Below the pieces are notes generated by a model, which did no database searches, was not told where the DNA came from, and worked only from the letters and a program-made list of their open reading frames with translations. Of a stretch of DNA of 52,322 bases, positions 41,771 to 49,707 are shown in pieces (within the stretch, counting starts at the first letter, position 1; each line of letters opens with the position of its first letter). Origin of the DNA: a bacterium (GTDB lineage: Bacteria; Patescibacteriota; Minisyncoccia; UBA6257; UBA9933). Location: contig JAJYNK010000011.1 in assembly GCA_021786355.1 (NCBI GenBank), positions 1 to 52,322 on the forward strand, given 5' to 3'. Position numbers and translations under genes: made by a program.

Positions 41771-43573
41771 TTATAATATTTCGTTTAATTGTTTTGCAAG
41801 TTCAACGACGTCAAAAGGCAAAGAGTCGTATTTTAAAATTTTATTTTCAATGTTAATTCCAGTTTTTTCGCGGATTATTGAAGCCAGTTGTCCGGAGCGG
41901 TTATTTTCAACAATAATTACTTTTTTTGCGTTTTTTAAATTCTCCGCCACCTTCTCCGTGTCAAACGGCGACATCCAGAGTATTTGCAAAAATTTCGGTT
42001 GATTTTTCAAATATTTTGCCGCTTCCAAAACAGCGCCTTTTGTCGAGCCCCAGAAAACAACGATATTTTTGGATTTTGGATCACCGTAAAATTTCACGGT
42101 TTCATATTTTGAAAAATCTTTTTCCAATTGTTTTAATTTTGAAAAACGCTTGTCGCCCATGGCTTTTACCATTTTCGGGTCTTCGGTTGAAATTCCCTCT
42201 TCGCTGTGTTCGTAGCTGGTGACTTTTATAACCGCGTCCGGCGTTCCCGGATATGCCATCGGCGATACTCCGTCTTCGGTTATTTGATAACGCTTATATT
42301 CGCTGTTAATTTTTTCGTCGATCTTCCCCCTTTCAACGGTGATTTCATTCGAGTTAAAAATTACTGTCGATGAGTTTTCCGATAAGTGTTTGTCCAAAAG
42401 CACAATTGCCGGCATCTGGTATTTCCAAGTCAAATTCAAGGCGTCCGCCCCTGCTTTAAAAGCTTCTTCCGGATCTCCGGGCGCGATTACTATTCGTGGG
42501 AATTCTCCGTGGCCTGAATTAATAATCCATTTTAAATCTCCCTGGCTGGTGTGGGTTGGGGAGCCGGTTGCCGGCGCCTGTCTTTGCGAAACCGCGATGG
42601 CTATCGGCGTTTCAGACATCCCAGCCAAAGCGAACGCTTCCTGCATAAGCGCGAATCCGCCTCCGGCTGTGCCTATCGCGGTACGCTTTCCTGCGTAAGC
42701 AGCGCCGAGCGCCATATTAATAACTGAAATTTCGTTTTCCGGATGTATTACTTTAAAAGTTTTTTCTTTCTCCGACGCTTGTGGTCGGTCCGACGACTCC
42801 GACGAGTGTCGGACTCCGTCGGAGAGTCCCGATCCCTCTGGGCGTCGGGACTGATTTTTCGCCAAATAATGCAAAATTGAAGTTGACGGAGTCATTGGAT
42901 AGCCGATATAAAAATCAAGCCCTGCTGCCAAAAGTCCTTTGGCAAAAGCGGTATTTCCGTCCGCCAGTTCCTTTCCTTTATCTCCACCGTGTTCCATTCT
43001 TCGGGAGTGTCGGAACCCGAGTTTTTCCAAATATTTATATCCTTTTTCCGCCAATGTTATGTTTATCTCATATCCCTTTTCTTTAAAAACCCGACGTAAA
43101 ATTTGGTCCATTTCATCAAAGGGCAAATCTAATAAATAACAAACAGCGCCGAGAGCCACAGAAGTCCGGGTTATTGCCGGAGCGTTTGATTCCTCCGCTG
43201 TTTTTACCATTGGAAGCAGTACTGCGTTTTGGCCAAACATTTTTAAGTCCTCGGCGTCGAATTTATCGGAAAAAACAACCGCTTCGGCGTTCAAATCGTT
43301 TTTATGAAGATGCATTGTTTCGTCGTTTAAGGCGATTAAAACGTCTATTTTTGAATAATCATTGTAAATTTTTTCTTTGGAAAAACTGATGCGCGAAAAA
43401 TTATGCCCGCCTCGAATAAGCGACGGATAATCAAAAGAAACAAAAACTTCAAAGCCGAGCTTTGTAAGAAATTGTCCCAAATTCGTGCCGGCTTCGCGCA
43501 CGCCGTCTCCGGCTGCTCCGCCAATGGCAACCGTAAAAATATTAGGGGGTTGATTTTTCTTTTTCCAGAACAT
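41771..43573 (-). CDS. 2-oxoacid:ferredoxin oxidoreductase alpha subunit with fused gamma domain
   Basis: An N-terminal gamma-type motif (IGGAAGDGVREAG) followed by the alpha domains. It abuts the beta gene with no gap. Carries an 84-nt GC-rich in-frame insert. Confidence 0.88.
   Translation of the reverse strand: MFWKKKNQPPNIFTVAIGGAAGDGVREAGTNLGQFLTKLGFEVFVSFDYPSLIRGGHNFSRISFSKEKIYNDYSKIDVLIALNDETMHLHKNDLNAEAVVFSDKFDAEDLKMFGQNAVLLPMVKTAEESNAPAITRTSVALGAVCYLLDLPFDEMDQILRRVFKEKGYEINITLAEKGYKYLEKLGFRHSRRMEHGGDKGKELADGNTAFAKGLLAAGLDFYIGYPMTPSTSILHYLAKNQSRRPEGSGLSDGVRHSSESSDRPQASEKEKTFKVIHPENEISVINMALGAAYAGKRTAIGTAGGGFALMQEAFALAGMSETPIAIAVSQRQAPATGSPTHTSQGDLKWIINSGHGEFPRIVIAPGDPEEAFKAGADALNLTWKYQMPAIVLLDKHLSENSSTVIFNSNEITVERGKIDEKINSEYKRYQITEDGVSPMAYPGTPDAVIKVTSYEHSEEGISTEDPKMVKAMGDKRFSKLKQLEKDFSKYETVKFYGDPKSKNIVVFWGSTKGAVLEAAKYLKNQPKFLQILWMSPFDTEKVAENLKNAKKVIIVENNRSGQLASIIREKTGINIENKILKYDSLPFDVVELAKQLNEIL
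42769..42852. repeat. 84-nt GC-rich multi-hairpin element inside the OFOR alpha CDS
   Basis: TCTCCGACG (42769-42777) pairs with CGTCGGAGA (42817-42825). GTCCGAC (42788-42794) pairs with GTCGGAC (42808-42814). AGTCCCGA (42825-42832) pairs with TCGGGACT (42845-42852). The 28 codons encode …RRPEGSGLSDGVRHSSESSDRPQAS…. Confidence 0.7.
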
Positions 43574-43590
43574 AGGGAGTTATTAGAAAA

Positions 43591-43599
43591 ATTATAACA
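43591..43599 (-). promoter_or_regulatory. extended -10 element (TGTTATAAT) for the OFOR/ACS operon
   Basis: The reverse complement of ATTATAACA is TGTTATAAT, 17 nt upstream of the ATG at 43573. Confidence 0.45.
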
Positions 43600-43647
43600 T
43601 ATTTTTTAAATAGAAGTTGGTTTGTTTTGAATATTTAATTAGTGAGA

Positions 43648-43676
43648 TTGACATAATTTACTTAGTGAGTTATTAA
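43648..43676 (+). promoter_or_regulatory. sigma70-like promoter for the 43735 ORF, flanked by a direct repeat TTAGTGAG
   Basis: TTGACA (43648-43653), a 17-nt spacer and TATTAA (43671-43676). TTAGTGAG occurs at 43639-43646 and 43662-43669. Confidence 0.45.
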
Positions 43677-43734
43677 ATAATCAGTATTTGTAATATCAAT
43701 CAAAAGGGATTATTTCAGGAAAGGGAGGTGGACG

Positions 43735-44109
43735 ATGGGAGCCTTACGGTGGCGAGTTGCGACAATTCTGGCAGAAAAAAAAGATTGTGTAGAGTTTCAT
43801 GTAGACCCAACAATTGATCCTGTGCGCAAACTGGAAGTATTTCTCGCGAGCCAAGATGGGAAAGCTGCCCTGGCTTTTCTTGCCGCAACTGGATTTGTTA
43901 TTTGGCTGGCCAAAGCAAACAGTCCCCATACAGACTTTTATTTGACAGGACGCGGTTTGGTAAGAAGCAATCGCGGCGGGCTCTCGGTGGTTTCCGCGTC
44001 TTCTTCTCCAAAAGGGGTTATTGATGCAGCGGATAATAAGGATCTTATCGAGTATATCCGACGGCAGCTAGATTTATCCGCAAGAGTGGTAATCACAAAT
44101 AGAATGTAA
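43735..44109 (+). CDS. hypothetical protein (compositionally GC-richer orphan)
   Basis: 124 aa with a strong SD (GGGAGGTG, 5 nt before the ATG), its own promoter-like sequence and a downstream hairpin plus T-run (about 44120-44172). No family recognised. Confidence 0.45.
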   Translation: MGALRWRVATILAEKKDCVEFHVDPTIDPVRKLEVFLASQDGKAALAFLAATGFVIWLAKANSPHTDFYLTGRGLVRSNRGGLSVVSASSSPKGVIDAADNKDLIEYIRRQLDLSARVVITNRM

Positions 44110-44184
44110 ACCGACAGATTCGTTTTCATCCGACGCACGCCTCCGTTTTGGAGACACGGCGTCTTTTTTATTTTCAAAAAGCCG

Positions 44185-44193
44185 TGTTATAAT
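44185..44193 (+). promoter_or_regulatory. extended -10 element (TGTTATAAT) for the hydrogenase genes
   Basis: TGTTATAAT lies 11 nt upstream of the ATG at 44205. Confidence 0.45.
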
Positions 44194-44204
44194 TTATAAA
44201 AATC

Positions 44205-44693
44205 ATGGCTGAAGCTGAAAAAATAAAAATTGGGTGGTTTTCGTTTTCCTGCTGTGAAGATAACACTATTGTGATGACCGAAGTTATGAATGACCACTGG
44301 CAAGAGTGGAAAAAGATTTTTGATTTCCGCCACGTTCGGGTTTTAAAATCCAAAAACATTTACGATGAGTTCGACATCGCTTTTATAGAAGGCGCGATCG
44401 CCTCTGATGAGCAAGAAACACAGCTAAAAGATATAAGAAGTCGTTCAAAAAAACTTGTAGCAGTGGGAGCTTGCGCGGTTGTGGGGCTTCCGGCCGGGCA
44501 ACGAAATAATTTTACCGAAGAACAAAACGCCAGTATTCAATTTTTGGTGGATAGATTTAAGGCGCTACCAAAAGTTTTGCGCGTTAAAGACGTGGTTAAG
44601 GTAGACGCGGAAATCCCGGGATGCCCGATGAGCCCGGATAATTTTTTAAAAGTTGTTAATGATTTAGTCGCGGAATTGCAAAAGCAAATTTAA
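44205..44693 (+). CDS. [NiFe] hydrogenase small subunit, minimal form (proximal cluster only)
   Basis: 162 aa. The NuoB/HoxY-like pattern is SFSCCEDN…FIEGA…VAVGACAV…IPGCP. There are no extra Cys clusters for medial or distal Fe-S centres. Confidence 0.78.
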   Translation: MAEAEKIKIGWFSFSCCEDNTIVMTEVMNDHWQEWKKIFDFRHVRVLKSKNIYDEFDIAFIEGAIASDEQETQLKDIRSRSKKLVAVGACAVVGLPAGQRNNFTEEQNASIQFLVDRFKALPKVLRVKDVVKVDAEIPGCPMSPDNFLKVVNDLVAELQKQI

Positions 44694-44695
44694 AG

Positions 44696-44729
44696 TGTAA
44701 ATATCAAAATGAAAAATGACAATGTAAAA
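44696..44729 (+). repeat. AT-rich intercistronic repeat, copy 2 (hydrogenase small|large spacer)
   Basis: 34 nt identical to 19167-19200. It starts 3 nt after the stop codon, as does copy 1 (4 nt after). Confidence 0.85.
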
Positions 44730-44810
44730 AGTAAAATTTTTAAATCTAAATTATTTTATATAATTAATTTGCTATTTTAATTTTTATTTTTAAATTTTTC
44801 ATTATTCATT

Positions 44811-46109
44811 ATGCACTCATTCGATTTATCTTTAGAACACATCACAAAAATAGAAGGCAACGCCTCGCTTTCAGTTAAAGTTGAGGACGGCAAAGTTAAA
44901 GACGTTAATTTCAAGACAATGGAATATAAACGTTTTTTTACCGAAGCGATGAAGGGCAAGTCCATTGCCGCGCTTCCGGCGCATTTGGCGAGAATCTGCG
45001 GCACCTGTTCAAACGCGCACATTATTTGCAGTATTGAGGCGTGTGAAAACGCGCTTGGTATAAAAGCCAGTGAACAAACTAAAATACTTCGCGCTTTAAC
45101 TTTGCACGGGCTTATTATAAGAGACCACGCGCTTCATTTGTATTTATTTTCAATGCCCGATATTTACGGAAAAGACGCTTTTTTGGATTTTGACGAAAAT
45201 AACCCGGAAGAACACCAATTACTTCACGACGGATTTGAAGTGAAAGCCGCGGGAAATTTTTTGGCGACTTTGATTTCCGGAAGAAGCGTGCATGCCACTT
45301 ATCCGGCAGTGGGGGGATTTTTGCATTTTCCCGATAAATCCGGCATAGACGAAGCAATTAAAAAACTTCAATCAGTCCGGCCGGCGGTTTTACGCTTGAT
45401 AGAAATTTTTAAAAACGCGCCTTTTCATTTTGATCGCGAAACGCAATATATGGCATTAGTTCCGGAAAAAAGTTTCGGATATATAATTGGCGATATTAAA
45501 ACTAGTACTGGAGAAACCTACGAAGAAGAAAAGTTCAGAGACCATTTAGAACACGTTGTTTTGCCTTATTCTCAAGCGTCCGCGTATCAGTATGACGGCG
45601 ACGGGTATATGGTTGGCGCTCTGGCGCGCATAAATCTCGCTAAAGATTTGCTTCATCTGGAAACAAAAAAATCATTAAAATTACTTGGCGATATTTTAGA
45701 TCTTTTTCCTTCAACCGATGTTTTTTATAATAACCTTGCGCAGGCGATTGAGATCTTGCATTCTATTGACGAATCAATCGATTTGTTAAGCAATAATAAT
45801 TTTGTCCCAGAGCCGCTTATAAAAGCAGTGCCCCATGAAGGAGTGGGGATTGGAGTCATAGAAGCTCCGCGCGGAACTTTGTACCACAAGGTTGTTATCG
45901 GAGCTGACGGTGTGGCAAAAGAAGGGGAAGTAATAGTGCCAACCGGACAAAACCAAATAAACATAGAAAGAGACGTGGCGATATTGGTACAGAATCTTTT
46001 ACCCGACACGTCCAAAGAAAAAATTGAATTTGAAATAGAAAAACTTATCCGCGCGTATGATCCGTGCATGAGCTGCGCCGCGCATTTTTTGAAAGTGAAT
46101 TGGGAATAA
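44811..46109 (+). CDS. [NiFe] hydrogenase large subunit (group 3-like)
   Basis: An N-terminal RICGTCSNAH motif and a C-terminal DPCMSCAAH motif, followed by a 7-aa tail (FLKVNWE) suitable for endoprotease cleavage. Confidence 0.92.
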   Translation: MHSFDLSLEHITKIEGNASLSVKVEDGKVKDVNFKTMEYKRFFTEAMKGKSIAALPAHLARICGTCSNAHIICSIEACENALGIKASEQTKILRALTLHGLIIRDHALHLYLFSMPDIYGKDAFLDFDENNPEEHQLLHDGFEVKAAGNFLATLISGRSVHATYPAVGGFLHFPDKSGIDEAIKKLQSVRPAVLRLIEIFKNAPFHFDRETQYMALVPEKSFGYIIGDIKTSTGETYEEEKFRDHLEHVVLPYSQASAYQYDGDGYMVGALARINLAKDLLHLETKKSLKLLGDILDLFPSTDVFYNNLAQAIEILHSIDESIDLLSNNNFVPEPLIKAVPHEGVGIGVIEAPRGTLYHKVVIGADGVAKEGEVIVPTGQNQINIERDVAILVQNLLPDTSKEKIEFEIEKLIRAYDPCMSCAAHFLKVNWE

Positions 46110-46133
46110 TATTTGATGTATTATTCCCAATTC
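46097..46133 (+). terminator. hairpin overlapping the hydrogenase large-subunit stop codon
   Basis: GAATTGGGAATAAT-N9-ATTATTCCCAATTC, a 14-bp stem. The T-tail is weak, so terminator function is uncertain. Confidence 0.4.
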
Positions 46134-46164
46134 ATCCCGAACGAAAGGAGGGATCTCAGGATTA

Positions 46165-46545
46165 TTAAAGTTTAAGAATTGCGGTAATTATCGACGTAAT
46201 TTTTTCAATCGCTTTTTCTTGAGAAATCGTCGGCGGAATGCCGATGATTTTTATTTTTTTCAAACGGCCCAATTTTTCCAGATATCTTAAATTTGAATAA
46301 GCGTCAAAATCATGAAGCGAAACATTTGAAGATTTGGAAAAACTTTTTAAATCTTCAAATGTTTTAATTTCCTCAATCCCCAAGACCGTATCTATGATCG
46401 TAAGCTCTTCGGGTATTTCCCATTCTTCATTCGGATCTTTTATTTCAAATTTTATTTCTGGGAATTTTTTTTGGAGTTCCGGCAGAATTTTCAAGGGCAG
46501 AGAATCATTTTTAGTCTCCGGATTTCCAAAAACATATATTATCAT
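46165..46545 (-). CDS. hydrogenase maturation endopeptidase (HycI/HybD-like)
   Basis: 126 aa. VFGNPETKNDSLP, IIDTV and SLHDFD match the Glu/Asp-Asp-His metal-ligand spacing of this family. Sits next to the hydrogenase genes. Confidence 0.6.
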   Translation of the reverse strand: MIIYVFGNPETKNDSLPLKILPELQKKFPEIKFEIKDPNEEWEIPEELTIIDTVLGIEEIKTFEDLKSFSKSSNVSLHDFDAYSNLRYLEKLGRLKKIKIIGIPPTISQEKAIEKITSIITAILKL

Positions 46546-46586
46546 AAATATTTATAATAATAACATCACAGGACTTAGGACTATCG

Positions 46587-46630
46587 CAAAACATCGTATA
46601 TGTGACGACCGTCACATATACGATGTTTTG
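46587..46630. promoter_or_regulatory. 44-bp near-perfect palindrome (core ACGACCGT), downstream flank of cassette C
   Basis: CAAAACATCGTATATGTGAC-GACC-GTCACATATACGATGTTTTG, with 20-nt perfectly complementary arms. It lies about 40 nt upstream of the protease gene start. Confidence 0.7.
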
Positions 46631-46647
46631 GTAGTTTTAAAATGATT

Positions 46648-47232
46648 TCATGTCTTTAATTGTTTTAAACTGCCAGTTTTGCTTATTTCAAATATTTCAA
46701 CATACGGTAGAAGATCAAAATTTTTTAGATTGTGTATCAATTCTTCGGGAAGCTTTGTTTTTCCAATCCAAACACTTTTCTGCAACATTTTAAATTTCAA
46801 ATTTCTGAGAACCTCTCTTATCCACCCTCTTTTCTTCCTGTGCTTTTCTGGAATGTCAAATATTATAATTTTAAATGTATTTTCGTTTTCTATTTTATAT
46901 ACTTTTTGAGGAAACTCATTTGTTTTTCTTAAACGAAGATTTTCCAATTTCTCCGCGCCTTTTTTGGTTATTTGCAATGATTTTTTATTTTCTTTATTAA
47001 TATTTTCGATTAACCCCTCTTTTCTTAGGCGATATAATAGATCGTAAAAACGCAATTTTTCTTCGCGATCTATTTGTCGGCCTTCTCTTTCTCTTTGGCG
47101 GCGCGCTAAAAGTTTTAATCCTTTATTTAATGAAGTTCCATAGGGTAAGCTAAAAATAAAAAACACATTGCCTATGGTTTGAGCTGATTGTTCGAGGGTT
47201 TCTAATATTTTTAATCCATACTCTCCTTTCAT
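46648..47232 (-). CDS. winged-helix + Cas2/PaaX-like ferredoxin-fold domain protein (paralog C)
   Basis: FKIIIFDIPEKHRKKRGWIREVLRNLKFKMLQKSVWIGKTKLPEELI…YVEIFEISKTGSLKQLKT. The start at the ATG at 47232 is preferred, because the longer ORF runs through the upstream palindrome. Confidence 0.6.
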   Translation of the reverse strand: MKGEYGLKILETLEQSAQTIGNVFFIFSLPYGTSLNKGLKLLARRQREREGRQIDREEKLRFYDLLYRLRKEGLIENINKENKKSLQITKKGAEKLENLRLRKTNEFPQKVYKIENENTFKIIIFDIPEKHRKKRGWIREVLRNLKFKMLQKSVWIGKTKLPEELIHNLKNFDLLPYVEIFEISKTGSLKQLKT

Positions 47233-47245
47233 AATTATTATTTTA

Positions 47246-47277
47246 ATCGTATATCTGACGATCGTCAAATATACGAT
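47246..47277. promoter_or_regulatory. 32-bp palindrome with ACGATCGT core, upstream flank of cassette C
   Basis: ATCGTATATCTG-ACGATCGT-CAAATATACGAT. The arms are 11/12 complementary. It lies 14 nt from the ATG at 47232. Confidence 0.7.
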
Positions 47278-47313
47278 ATGGTATGGTTGGTGTGTTTATA
47301 AAATTTTATAAAA

Positions 47314-48051
47314 TTAAAGTGTTTGGTTGGCGAGTGTTAAATTCCGGAGCGTGTATTTTTTTAAATTTAAAACCTGTTCGTTTGTTATGACTTCGCAGAT
47401 TACGCCCCAGTGTATGGAAACGAGATTGCCAATGGCGACTTGTTCAATATCATATTCCGATTCAAGCTGGCGAACCAATTTTCTTTTTATGGGCGTTCCG
47501 ATAAAAAGTTTTTTATCTGTATATAAAAGCGGTTCGGTTAAAACGGTTATGAACGGGCCGTCTATTTCCATAACTTTTCCCCAACTCACGCGACACTCAT
47601 CCATAGTTTCAACCGTATGTTCGCGTTCATCGTGCCCGGTCCTTTTCCAAACGTTTAAAACATGGAAAGAATGGTGCGGAGCCGCGCCTCTGCCGATTTT
47701 ATCTTCAACGACGCTGAATGATTTGCCCCCCATTCGGTATTTTATTTTTTGTTCTTCCACGAGATGACGGTAAAAGCTTTTCTGATCTGTTTTTTCAAGC
47801 ATACTGTTTCCCAGCCAATATGCTTCAACTACTCTGTCGTCAAAAGGATCAGCAACCCCATTTATTCTTGATATATATTTTAGATAAGGATAAAGAGTTT
47901 GGAATTTTGAAATTAAATGCTCCAGGCCGGCGTCTTTGGCGCCTTCATTTATATAGGCCTTAATTTCGCTGTTTTTATTAGGGCCGCAATAATGCAATCT
48001 ATTAGGCCCGAAAGCGTATCGGCTGCAGCGCAAAATTCCATCCATCATCAT
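47314..48051 (-). CDS. hypothetical protein with a Cys-rich N-domain and a HypC/HupF-like C-terminal segment
   Basis: The N-terminus is GILRCSRYAFGPNRLHYCGP. The C-terminal …ECRVSWGKVMEIDGPF…VAIGNLVSIHWGVICEVITNEQ resembles HypC (MCxxxPGxVxxIDG…GDWVLVHxGFAIxxIxxxEA). It overlaps the upstream EamA gene by 4 nt. Confidence 0.5.
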   Translation of the reverse strand: MMMDGILRCSRYAFGPNRLHYCGPNKNSEIKAYINEGAKDAGLEHLISKFQTLYPYLKYISRINGVADPFDDRVVEAYWLGNSMLEKTDQKSFYRHLVEEQKIKYRMGGKSFSVVEDKIGRGAAPHHSFHVLNVWKRTGHDEREHTVETMDECRVSWGKVMEIDGPFITVLTEPLLYTDKKLFIGTPIKRKLVRQLESEYDIEQVAIGNLVSIHWGVICEVITNEQVLNLKKYTLRNLTLANQTL

Positions 48052-48980
48052 ATTGAAGATAATTTTTCCTGCGGGTTGACAAAGGCTTTATCAGCCGCTT
48101 TTTTGGAAAAAATAATCACAATAAAAGTTCCGAGAATAAAAAGCAGAGAACTAATTAGGTCGCGGACAGCGAAAGAATGAGTAATAAAAAGCGCCGATAA
48201 AACATTGGTGATTAAAGTCGCGGGGACAAGAAGTGTCGCTACGTACGTTGTCGGAGCGCGCTTGAGAGCCGCGTACCACGTTGTTACGTAACCGAATAAC
48301 AGCGCGCTGGTTAAAAGTATCCAGCCCCACTGGATTAAATTCAATGACGGGGTGGCAATTATTCCATTTTTTAAATAAAGAAAGGCGATAAGAATAATCG
48401 AGCCGATCGTCATTCGGGCAGACGCCACAATAGAACTTGATAAATCTCGGAGGGCTTTTTTGGCAATGATATTTTCAATCGCCCACAGCAACGTGGCGCC
48501 CAAAATCATCAATTCTCCCAAATTATATTTAAACCCGATAAAGCCCCCAATCAAAAGATTTGCCGCAAAAATCATTCCGACTCCAATCCATTGCCAGCGA
48601 CTTACCCGTTCTTTTAAAAACGGAATCGCCAAAACAAAGACCCATAAAAACAGAGTTTTGTGGATGAGAGCCGCGTTAATCGCGCTCGTTTTTGAAAGCC
48701 CGATAAAAAACAGGGCAAACGGCAATGATCCGCCGACAACGCCGATTAAAAATAATTTCAACCACTGGTTCTTTTTTAAAGATTTAATTTCCGGCCATTT
48801 TTTCAGTCCAGTCAAAACGCCGATAAGCAATATCGCAACTAAGCTATTTTTTAAAGTTGTGAAAAAAATCGGATCTTTGACCGTGGTTACCGCGATCTTA
48901 TTTATAAAATTGGTTAATCCGGAAATAAACGCGGTTGTCAGCGCGAGTATTGTCGCGTAGCGGAAATTTTTATTGCCCAT
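48048..48980 (-). CDS. EamA/DMT-family transporter
   Basis: 310 aa with about 10 TM helices in two repeated halves, typical of the EamA family. Confidence 0.82.
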   Translation of the reverse strand: MGNKNFRYATILALTTAFISGLTNFINKIAVTTVKDPIFFTTLKNSLVAILLIGVLTGLKKWPEIKSLKKNQWLKLFLIGVVGGSLPFALFFIGLSKTSAINAALIHKTLFLWVFVLAIPFLKERVSRWQWIGVGMIFAANLLIGGFIGFKYNLGELMILGATLLWAIENIIAKKALRDLSSSIVASARMTIGSIILIAFLYLKNGIIATPSLNLIQWGWILLTSALLFGYVTTWYAALKRAPTTYVATLLVPATLITNVLSALFITHSFAVRDLISSLLFILGTFIVIIFSKKAADKAFVNPQEKLSSI

Positions 48981-49070
48981 ATTGTAAATAGTTTACTAAA
49001 ATATAAGAACAAACTCAATTTTAAATTCTTGCGGGTTTTTAAAAGAGTAAAAAGGGGTATAATTATAACA

Positions 49071-49691
49071 ATGAAACGGCTAAATAATTTTAAGTTTAAA
49101 GAATTTGATATATTCAAAAAACTGGACACGCCTTCAAAAATACAGGATTTTATTGACGATATTGAGATAAATTTTGAAAAAAACGGCGAGACTTGCCGCT
49201 CGCCTTTAATGGTTTTAAAACATAATGAAGCCCATTGTTTGGAGGGCGCGCTTCTAGCCTCAGCGATTTTTTGGTACCACGGTAAGCCGCCGCTTCTTCT
49301 TGATTTGGTAACAACGCCAAACGACGATTATCATACAGTCGCCTTATTTAAAGAATCAGGCAAGTGGGGAGCGATAAGCAAAACCAATCATGCGTATCTT
49401 AGATATCGCGATCCGGTTTTTAAAAATGTTCGGGAGCTGGCAATGTCTTATTTTAATGAATATTTTTTAGACAGCGGGCAAAAAACTCTGCGAAGTTATT
49501 CCGGCTCTTTTGATTTAACCGAGTTCGGGGAAGATTGGTTGGTTGAAAAAGATGATTTATGGAGCATTGCCGAGGCGCTTGATAATTCCAAGCATTATAA
49601 AATTTTAACCGCCAAACAAATAAGGCGTTTGCGTTTAGCCGACCCCGTTGAAATAAAAGCCAATAAGCTGGTTCAGTGGAAAAAGGAATAA
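49071..49691 (+). CDS. transglutaminase-like / papain-fold putative cysteine peptidase
   Basis: A Cys (NEAHCLEGALLAS), then a His (DDYHTVALF), then acidic residues, in a spacing typical of transglutaminase-like cores. The ATG at 49071 is preferred, with TATAAT 7 nt upstream. Confidence 0.5.
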   Translation: MKRLNNFKFKEFDIFKKLDTPSKIQDFIDDIEINFEKNGETCRSPLMVLKHNEAHCLEGALLASAIFWYHGKPPLLLDLVTTPNDDYHTVALFKESGKWGAISKTNHAYLRYRDPVFKNVRELAMSYFNEYFLDSGQKTLRSYSGSFDLTEFGEDWLVEKDDLWSIAEALDNSKHYKILTAKQIRRLRLADPVEIKANKLVQWKKE

Positions 49692-49707
49692 AATAAATTT
49701 ATTAACA

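Noticed and set aside
46134-46164. A small hairpin ATCCC-GAACGAAAGGAG-GGAT after the hydrogenase large-subunit gene, as another member of a repeat family.
   Set aside because: It has only a 5-bp stem and is a single occurrence in the window. I cannot distinguish it from chance.
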